64,000 bases of DNA from IMG/VR virus record IMGVR_UViG_3300046678_000400, positions 5,463 to 69,462 of that record; one strand, written 5' to 3'. Below the pieces are notes generated by a model. That model searched no databases. It saw nothing but the letters and a program-made list of their open reading frames with translations, and was not told the DNA's origin. Source of the stretch: a virus (lineage: Duplodnaviria; Caudoviricetes). Position 1 is the stretch's first letter. Every line of letters starts with the position of its first letter. Both the position numbers and the translations under genes were made by a program. Positions 59,290-64,000 of the stretch are shown here, one piece after another.

Positions 59290-59625
59290 ATGTACCTGTT
59301 TGTTTACGGCACTTTGAAAGAAGGGCTACATAACAATCACTACTTGGAAGATCAGGAATTAATAGGAAATGCAGAAACAAAACCTTATTATCGTTTGTTC
59401 TGCAATGAAACTTTCCCGATGATGATAAAAGACAGAGAATTAGGTTATTCTGTGTCTGGCGAAATATGGGAAGTTGACGAAGACATTATTGATGAAATCG
59501 ACCGACATGAAGTTCTTTATGAACGTCGATTAATCAGAGTGAAGGACTTTAAGGAAGAAGTTTGGGCTTACATCTATCAGGGAAATTTGGATGAAAGCCA
59601 AGAGTGCTATGGAGAGTGGCCGTGA
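59290..59625 (+). CDS. Gamma-glutamylcyclotransferase (AIG2/YtfP-like)
   Basis: LFVYGTLKEG, VSGEIWEV, IDRHE, VWAYIY; GGAGG RBS. Confidence 0.9.
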   Translation: MYLFVYGTLKEGLHNNHYLEDQELIGNAETKPYYRLFCNETFPMMIKDRELGYSVSGEIWEVDEDIIDEIDRHEVLYERRLIRVKDFKEEVWAYIYQGNLDESQECYGEWP

Positions 59626-59629
59626 AATT

Positions 59630-59701
59630 GGGGTCGTAGCTCAATGGGAGAGCAGAGCCTTTGCAAGGCTAAGGTTGAGGGTTCAAGTCCCTCCGATTCC
59701 A
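59630..59701 (+). tRNA. tRNA-Ala(TGC) 2
   Basis: Cloverleaf, G3-U70. Confidence 0.92.
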
Positions 59702-59703
59702 CT

Positions 59704-59943
59704 ATGAGTAAGATATGGTCGAATAAGAATGAGCGGACTCTAGCAAACCTAGAAAAAAGTCTAGTATTTCTAGAACATGAAATTGACACTTGGAAACATC
59801 CTACCGTATGGGAAGCTGCAAACCATAGGATGCTAAAAAGGACAAAGATTAGAAGGAATGAAGTAGAAGCAGCAATAAGAAAGTTAAAGGATCGAAAGAA
59901 GGAACTAAGATATGAAGAAGTTAGGGAAACAGAAACAGATTGA
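59704..59943 (+). CDS. Small coiled-coil hypothetical protein
   Basis: ORF immediately after the tRNA. Confidence 0.5.
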   Translation: MSKIWSNKNERTLANLEKSLVFLEHEIDTWKHPTVWEAANHRMLKRTKIRRNEVEAAIRKLKDRKKELRYEEVRETETD

Positions 59944-60070
59944 ACACGAAGAAAAGTATGTTGAGTTTCTAAAAAAAGCCTTGACTTCTGAGAGATTTAA
60001 GAGTAATGTAAGTGAAGAAGAGTTTGAGAAGACGAAAGCAAAGTTTCGTCTCAAAACGTTAAAGATGTAA
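59912..60070 (+). CDS. 52-aa basic helical protein
   Basis: Manual translation MKKLGKQKQIEHEEKYVEFLKKALTSERFK...; partially duplicated at 60620. Confidence 0.5.
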   Translation: MKKLGKQKQIEHEEKYVEFLKKALTSERFKSNVSEEEFEKTKAKFRLKTLKM

Positions 60071-60071
60071 T

Positions 60072-60156
60072 GCATTGGTTGAGCAGGTGGTGGGCTTCAC
60101 TGGCTGTAAACCAGTCCCCTTAATTGGGCTTGTAGGTTCGATTCCTACCCAATGCA
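60072..60156 (+). tRNA. tRNA-Tyr(GTA)
   Basis: Cloverleaf with long variable arm. Confidence 0.88.
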
Positions 60157-60252
60157 CTCAGTAGGTTTCTTGGCGTAATAACGGTCTTTGACCCGTTTCC
60201 TGAAAAGGTTGCTAAAGTTTAATGAAATGCAGCGCATTTCCCCTACTTGTAT

Positions 60253-60323
60253 AGGCGGTTATTTCAATGGTAGAATGTATGTGTGACACGCATACGACAT
60301 AGGTTCGATTCCTATACTGCCTA
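60253..60323 (+). tRNA. tRNA-Val(GAC)
   Basis: Cloverleaf, loop GT-GAC-AC. Confidence 0.85.
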
Positions 60324-60334
60324 CTGTAAGTTTT

Positions 60335-60406
60335 GAGCATGTGGTCGAGAGGCGAGGCGGTTGCCTGCAAAGCAACATTACGGGGGTTCAAATCCCTCCA
60401 TGCTCT
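60335..60406 (+). tRNA. tRNA-Cys(GCA)
   Basis: Cloverleaf, U73. Confidence 0.92.
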
Positions 60407-60407
60407 C

Positions 60408-60622
60408 TTATGAGAAAAAGAAAAAGATTTAATGAGTTTAATAAAGATAGAGAACAACAAAGGATTTCACAGCTTGATAATAGGTTTCTTTACGAAGAAA
60501 CACTTGAATTAGCTGGCGGTGATGACTACGATGGTTGTTTTACTGCCGAAGGTTTAATAAAGTTTGAGATGTTAAAAAAGGAATTAAGAGATAGATTGCA
60601 AGAATGGTTTGGTGATGAGTAG
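60408..60622 (+). CDS. Small hypothetical protein
   Basis: MRKRKRF...LAGGDDYDGCFT ORF after the tRNA. Confidence 0.55.
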
Positions 60623-60770
60623 GGAAACAGAAACAGATTGAACACGAAGAAAAGTATGTTGAGTTTCTAAAAAAAGCCTTGACTTCTGAAAGATTTAAGA
60701 GTAATGTAAGTGAAGAAGAGTTTGAGAAGACGAAAGAAAAGTATGACAAGGCAAAGTTTCGTCTCAAAAG

Positions 60771-60848
60771 TTGAGCAGGTGGTGTGCTCCGCTGGCTGTA
60801 ACCCAGCCCCCTTAATTGGGATTGTAGGTTCGATTCCTACCCGATGCA
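60771..60848 (+). pseudogene. 5'-truncated tRNA-Tyr(GTA)
   Basis: 5' acceptor strand deleted; D, anticodon, variable and T arms intact. Confidence 0.8.
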
Positions 60849-60852
60849 CTTT

Positions 60853-60923
60853 AGGCGGTTATTTCAATGGTAGAATGTATGTGTGACACGCATACGACAT
60901 AGGTTCGATTCCTATACTGCCTA
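60853..60923 (+). tRNA. tRNA-Val(GAC), identical copy
   Basis: Identical to 60253-60323. Confidence 0.85.
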
Positions 60924-60985
60924 CTTTTGGCGAAAGCCTAGAATATAACTCCGGTGAAAAACGGCTGGGTTATTCGCCAAAATTT

Positions 60986-61057
60986 GAGTCCGTAGCCAAG
61001 CGGTAAGGCAATAGTCTGCAAAACTATTCATCGTGGGTTCGATTCCCACCGGACTCT
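60986..61057 (+). tRNA. tRNA-Cys(GCA) 2
   Basis: Cloverleaf, U73. Confidence 0.95.
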
Positions 61058-61067
61058 CTGTTAGTAT

Positions 61068-61140
61068 GCCGGGTTCGTCTAGTGGTTTAGGACGGAACCC
61101 TTTCAAGGTTCAGACAGGAGTTCGATTCTCCTACCCGGTA
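61068..61140 (+). tRNA. tRNA-Glu(TTC)
   Basis: Cloverleaf. Confidence 0.92.
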
Positions 61141-61151
61141 CTGTTAGTTAT

Positions 61152-61222
61152 GCCACGGTCGTCTAATGGTAGGACATTTGGCTTTCAACCAAAAAAAGGG
61201 AGTTCGATTCTCCTTCGTGGTA
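61152..61222 (+). tRNA. tRNA-Glu(TTC) 2
   Basis: Cloverleaf. Confidence 0.9.
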
Positions 61223-61228
61223 CTGAAA

Positions 61229-61260
61229 TCAATCTCTCTGAGATTGAAGTTCTTTGACAA
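61229..61260 (+). promoter_or_regulatory. Hairpin plus boxA-like antitermination site
   Basis: TCAATCTC-TCT-GAGATTGA followed by AGTTCTTTGACAA. Confidence 0.5.
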
Positions 61261-61272
61261 TTAGGAAATTAT

Positions 61273-61344
61273 TGCTTCGTCTTTCAACTGGTAGGAAGAA
61301 TGGCTGTTAACCATTTAATCTAGGTTCGACCCCTAGCGAAGCAG
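61273..61344 (+). tRNA. tRNA-Asn(GTT)
   Basis: Cloverleaf, G73. Confidence 0.92.
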
Positions 61345-61349
61345 CTTAT

Positions 61350-61423
61350 GGTCCTGTAGCCCAACTGGTAGAGGCGTTGGTTTTAGAAGCCAATTTGTGT
61401 AGGTTCGACTCCTATCAGGACTA
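61350..61423 (+). tRNA. tRNA-Leu(TAG), short variable loop
   Basis: Cloverleaf, loop TT-TAG-AA. Confidence 0.88.
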
Positions 61424-61460
61424 CTGGCATATGCCCAAACTGTCATAGTCAAGAAAAAAT

Positions 61461-61535
61461 AGCACAGTGATGCAACTGGATAGACATCTTTGGTCGAGAA
61501 CCAAGGTCATATGGGTTCGAGTCCCATCTGTGCTA
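61461..61535 (+). tRNA. tRNA-Leu(GAG), short variable loop, C33
   Basis: Cloverleaf, loop TC-GAG-AA. Confidence 0.82.
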
Positions 61536-61544
61536 CTGAAATAT

Positions 61545-61620
61545 GGCGCTGTGATGCAATTTGGCTAGACATCTACCGCTTAAAACGGTGGTTTTGTGGG
61601 TTCGAGTCCCACCGGCGCTA
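61545..61620 (+). tRNA. tRNA-Leu(TAA), short variable loop
   Basis: Cloverleaf, loop CT-TAA-AA. Confidence 0.9.
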
Positions 61621-61710
61621 CTAGCCAGAAGTATTAGTGTAATCAGGTACGGCAAATTCAGACTTTCTCACGAAAGCGCATAAGACCCGAAGATAGCACG
61701 CTGGGATTTA

Positions 61711-61784
61711 GCGGTATACGCATTATGGCTGTTGCGCCTGTCTTCCAAGCAGGATTTAAGGGGGTTCGATTCCCCCATACCGCA
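61711..61784 (+). tRNA. tRNA-Gly(TCC)
   Basis: Cloverleaf. Confidence 0.88.
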
Positions 61785-61788
61785 CTGT

Positions 61789-61868
61789 TAGAGTGTAGTT
61801 TAATGTAGAAATATTCGAGTTACATGGATGCGTCGAGAAAGGTAAAGGTTCACTACCTTTCACTCTGA
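61789..61868 (+). ncRNA. tRNA-like RNA with 14-nt anticodon loop
   Basis: AGAGTG/CACTCT acceptor, AAAGG-TTCACTA-CCTTT T-arm, TCGA/TCGA stem. Confidence 0.55.
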
Positions 61869-61870
61869 CA

Positions 61871-61899
61871 TTGACTTTCTAAAACTAAAACGTTATAGT
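61871..61899 (+). promoter_or_regulatory. Sigma70-type promoter inside the tRNA array
   Basis: TTGACT-17 nt-TATAGT. Confidence 0.75.
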
Positions 61900-61911
61900 T
61901 AAGTCATACTT

Positions 61912-61982
61912 GCCTCTGTCGTATAACGGCATTACCCCTGTTTTGTAATCAGGTGACGAGGGTTCGACTCCTTCTAGAGGCT
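61912..61982 (+). tRNA. tRNA-Thr(TGT)
   Basis: Cloverleaf. Confidence 0.9.
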
Positions 61983-61991
61983 CTGAAATAT

Positions 61992-62067
61992 GGCACAGTG
62001 ATGCAATCTTGGCAGACATCAATCACTCAAAATGATTGTCTTGTGGGTTCGAGTCCCACCTGTGCTA
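61992..62067 (+). tRNA. tRNA-Leu(CAA), short variable loop
   Basis: Cloverleaf, loop CT-CAA-AA. Confidence 0.9.
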
Positions 62068-62070
62068 CTT

Positions 62071-62132
62071 GGGCTTAATGGTGAACGGTTATGCTAGCGC
62101 CGTTGGATAGGGTTCGAGTCCCGTCAAGTCCA
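62071..62132 (+). ncRNA. 62-nt D-armless tRNA-like RNA with G3-U70
   Basis: GGGCTT/AAGTCC-A acceptor, GGG-TTCGAGT-CCC T-arm, single AACGG/CCGTT hairpin. Confidence 0.6.
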
Positions 62133-62144
62133 CTATAAAGTTTA

Positions 62145-62230
62145 GGGCATTGTTCCGCACGGCTGTCTGTAAAACAGTTGCCTTTAATATGTGTGGTGGA
62201 AGGCGAGAGGTTCGATTCCTCCATAGCCCA
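62145..62230 (+). pseudogene. Aberrant tRNA-Tyr(GTA), D-arm lost
   Basis: Anticodon arm CTGT-CTGTAAA-ACAG, very long GCCTT/AAGGC variable arm, T-arm, imperfect acceptor. Confidence 0.6.
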
Positions 62231-62245
62231 TTTTGATAAAGTTTA

Positions 62246-62320
<75 letters not shown>

Positions 62321-62384
62321 CTTAATTGGGAAAAGTGTTTAGGATGAAACAACAAATATTCTAGATGGATTTCTCAATGTTTAT

Positions 62385-62455
62385 CGGCCTGTGGTCCAAC
62401 GGCAGGGCGCTTCTCTGATACGGAAGAAACGAAGGTTCGACTCCTTCCTGGCCGA
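62385..62455 (+). tRNA. tRNA-Ile(GAT), atypical body
   Basis: Cloverleaf, loop CT-GAT-AC, C1-G72, one U-U acceptor mismatch. Confidence 0.8.
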
Positions 62456-62458
62456 CTT

Positions 62459-62582
62459 TTCTGAGACTTTATGTGACAAGGCTTCCGGTCCTTATGGGAT
62501 GACAGTAGCTTCTATCATGGGTACGGTAGTAACGTTGATGTGTGAGTGACCGCAAGGTAAACGCACAAAACCCATCTCAGAA
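62459..62582 (+). ncRNA. Unknown structured RNA between tRNA-Ile and tRNA-Pro
   Basis: TTCTGAGA/TCTCAGAA closing helix, TGGGT/ACCCA, ACC-GCAA-GGT tetraloop. Confidence 0.55.
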
Positions 62583-62586
62583 TTAT

Positions 62587-62662
62587 CAGGGTGTAGCTCA
62601 GCTTGGTCTAGAGCGCTCGTTTTGGAAGCGAGAGGTCGGAGGTTCAACTCCTCTCACCCTGA
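62587..62662 (+). tRNA. tRNA-Pro(TGG) 2
   Basis: Cloverleaf. Confidence 0.95.
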
Positions 62663-62677
62663 CTTTAGCGGAAATAT

Positions 62678-62747
62678 AGGTTGGACTGCCTGGGAGTAGC
62701 TTTGGCCTCCAAAACCAAAAGACATGGTTCGACTCCATGCCAACCTG
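62678..62747 (+). tRNA. tRNA-Trp(CCA)
   Basis: AGGTTGG/CCAACCT-G, loop CT-CCA-AA, C31-A39 mismatch. Confidence 0.78.
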
Positions 62748-62780
62748 CTTGAACTTTATTCTCCAAACAGAGGGAAAACA

Positions 62781-63080
62781 ATGTTTACGAACTTCGTTAG
62801 AAGATTTTTCAGCATTGGAATGATGATTGGGGATGAAATTGCAGCAACGTTTTTCTTTTGTTTGATGGCCTTACCTCATGTGTTGCTTTTTATTGTAACC
62901 TTGGGATTAAGCAAAGCAATTATGGATACAATTCAAGAACGCACAGAGAAAAAGGCTCTTGTTGCAAGGTTAACAGAGAGACAAAGGATTGAAACAGAGT
63001 CCACGAAAAGATGGATGGCATTACGTGAAAAAGTTAATGTTTACGATCCGATTGCAATGAAAGCATATATGAAAGTATGA
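62781..63080 (+). CDS. Small membrane protein
   Basis: GAGGG RBS, central hydrophobic helix. Confidence 0.6.
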   Translation: MFTNFVRRFFSIGMMIGDEIAATFFFCLMALPHVLLFIVTLGLSKAIMDTIQERTEKKALVARLTERQRIETESTKRWMALREKVNVYDPIAMKAYMKV

Positions 63081-63151
63081 CCCCATCGTTCTAATGGATA
63101 AGACACTAGTCTTCTAAACTGGGGATGCAGGTTCGATTCCTGCTGGGGTTA
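63079..63151 (+). tRNA. tRNA-Arg(TCT)
   Basis: Cloverleaf. Confidence 0.92.
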
Positions 63152-63160
63152 TTTGAAGTT

Positions 63161-63229
63161 TTGTGTGGTGTAACGGTGAGCATAGCATGTCATTGTACAT
63201 GTGAATGGGTTCGACTCCCATCATATAAC
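63161..63229 (+). pseudogene. Degenerate tRNA (Met-like, CAT in a distorted loop)
   Basis: Intact T-arm ATGGG-TTCGACT-CCCAT; weak acceptor; positions 8-9 missing. Confidence 0.45.
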
Positions 63230-63236
63230 TTCATAT

Positions 63237-63320
63237 GGAAGTGAACCGAATGGCTAGGGGGCTGCTTGGAAAGCAGTTGGGGCAGAAATGCCTTTGCAGG
63301 TTCGAGTCCTGTCGCTTCCG
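63237..63320 (+). tRNA. tRNA-Ser(GGA)
   Basis: Long variable arm, G73. Confidence 0.92.
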
Positions 63321-63429
63321 CTCGCTCAGCAAGGGGCATCCCAGTAATAGTCGCCTATTATATGGGAACAAAGAATACAAAGTCGGCCCTCACAATAAGT
63401 AAGATTTAAACGATCTTCGCTGACCTAAT

Positions 63430-63515
63430 GGAAAGTAGCCGGATATGGTTGGCCGGACCAGTTTGCTAAACTGTGTGCCCGAAAGGGCGTGAGGGTTCAA
63501 ATCCCTTGCTTTCCG
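63430..63515 (+). tRNA. tRNA-Ser(GCT)
   Basis: Long variable arm, G73. Confidence 0.92.
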
Positions 63516-63601
63516 CTTGCAATACACCCATTGGCAGGATGGGAGTGAAAATAAATCCATAGGTTTCCGGGAGTGGAATAAATAAACTTTGGTATTGCTT
63601 T

Positions 63602-63688
63602 GGAAGGTTTGGCACATTGGCAAGTCCGGTCGTCTACTAAACGATTAAACCTGAAAGGGTTTTGTTGATTCGACTTCAACACCTTCCG
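63602..63688 (+). tRNA. tRNA-Ser(ACT), rare A34 anticodon
   Basis: GTCGT-CT-ACT-AA-ACGAT, long variable arm, G73. Confidence 0.82.
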
Positions 63689-63754
63689 CTTGTATGAAAA
63701 ATGCAGGGTAATTTCGCTTCATGAGCGGAATTGGGATGCATCCACCTGCAACCA

Positions 63755-63827
63755 CGATTCCTAGCACAACTGGCAGTGCATCAGTCTTATATACTGACGG
63801 TTCTGGGTTCGAGTCCCAGGGAATCGA
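63755..63827 (+). tRNA. tRNA-Ile(TAT), rare UAU anticodon
   Basis: TCAGT-CT-TAT-AT-ACTGA, full cloverleaf. Confidence 0.85.
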
Positions 63828-63841
63828 CATTGTTAGTTTTT

Positions 63842-63924
63842 GGAAAGGGTCCGGTTGGTCGAGGACACCGCCTTGAAAGCGGCTGGGGGTAGCACCTTCG
63901 CAGGTTCGATTCCTGTCCTTTCCG
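63842..63924 (+). tRNA. tRNA-Ser(TGA)
   Basis: Long variable arm, G73. Confidence 0.92.
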
Positions 63925-64000
63925 CTTGTATGAAAGTTAACCCCATGTTTACGGACTTGGGGAAACTCGCTGGTATGCCGGGCCGAGAGGTTGCATACCG

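Larger units (their letters stand above)
60620..60925 (+). repeat. Segmental duplication of 59922-60325
   Basis: Near-identical ORF fragment, tRNA-Tyr body and an identical tRNA-Val 600 bp apart. Confidence 0.95.

Noticed and set aside
61254-61259. TTGACA as a -35 promoter element
   Set aside because: No -10 at the right spacing before the tRNA at 61273; better explained as part of the boxA-like site
61640-61705. c-di-GMP-I riboswitch (GGCAAA, GAAAG, CGCA)
   Set aside because: I could not pair P1/P2, and there is no downstream gene to regulate
63959-64000. Possible further RNA gene at the window end
   Set aside because: Truncated by the window edge; only a TATGC/GCATA hairpin is visible

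Overview
This is a 64-kb AT-rich segment of a large T4-like (jumbo) bacteriophage genome in the standard genetic code, with no integrase or host housekeeping context. It encodes a gp17-like large terminase, DNA primase, PD-(D/E)XK and HNH nucleases, DNA methyltransferases, a GroES-like co-chaperonin, a degenerate gp23-like capsid paralog and virion proteins. Auxiliary enzymes include cysteine-dioxygenase-like, indoleamine 2,3-dioxygenase, CoaD-like and ferritin-like proteins. An actin-fold ATPase operon lies at 23.7-25.3 kb, and a ~16-kb glycosylation/sulfation cluster (GT4, GT9, Gmd, HldD, sulfotransferase) at 25.8-42 kb. There are five proteases from different families and a GC-richer COOH.NH2-ligase island. 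The last 5.3 kb is an RNA operon: 27 intact-looking CCA-less tRNA genes (including rare Ser-ACU and Ile-UAU), several aberrant tRNA-like RNAs and unknown structured RNAs. The main highlight is a ~254-nt RNase P RNA with a complete catalytic domain but no T-loop part of the specificity domain; an unknown ~166-nt structured RNA lies upstream of it, separated by a tRNA-Gly gene. Other highlights are a 25-aa C-terminal motif shared by two unrelated exported proteases, an N-terminal LE(F/L)xY(K/R)xP motif in five scattered genes, capsid-targeting-like N-termini, leaderless late-type promoters and an attenuator in front of the RNA operon. All calls were made by eye; no database searches or folding programs were run.
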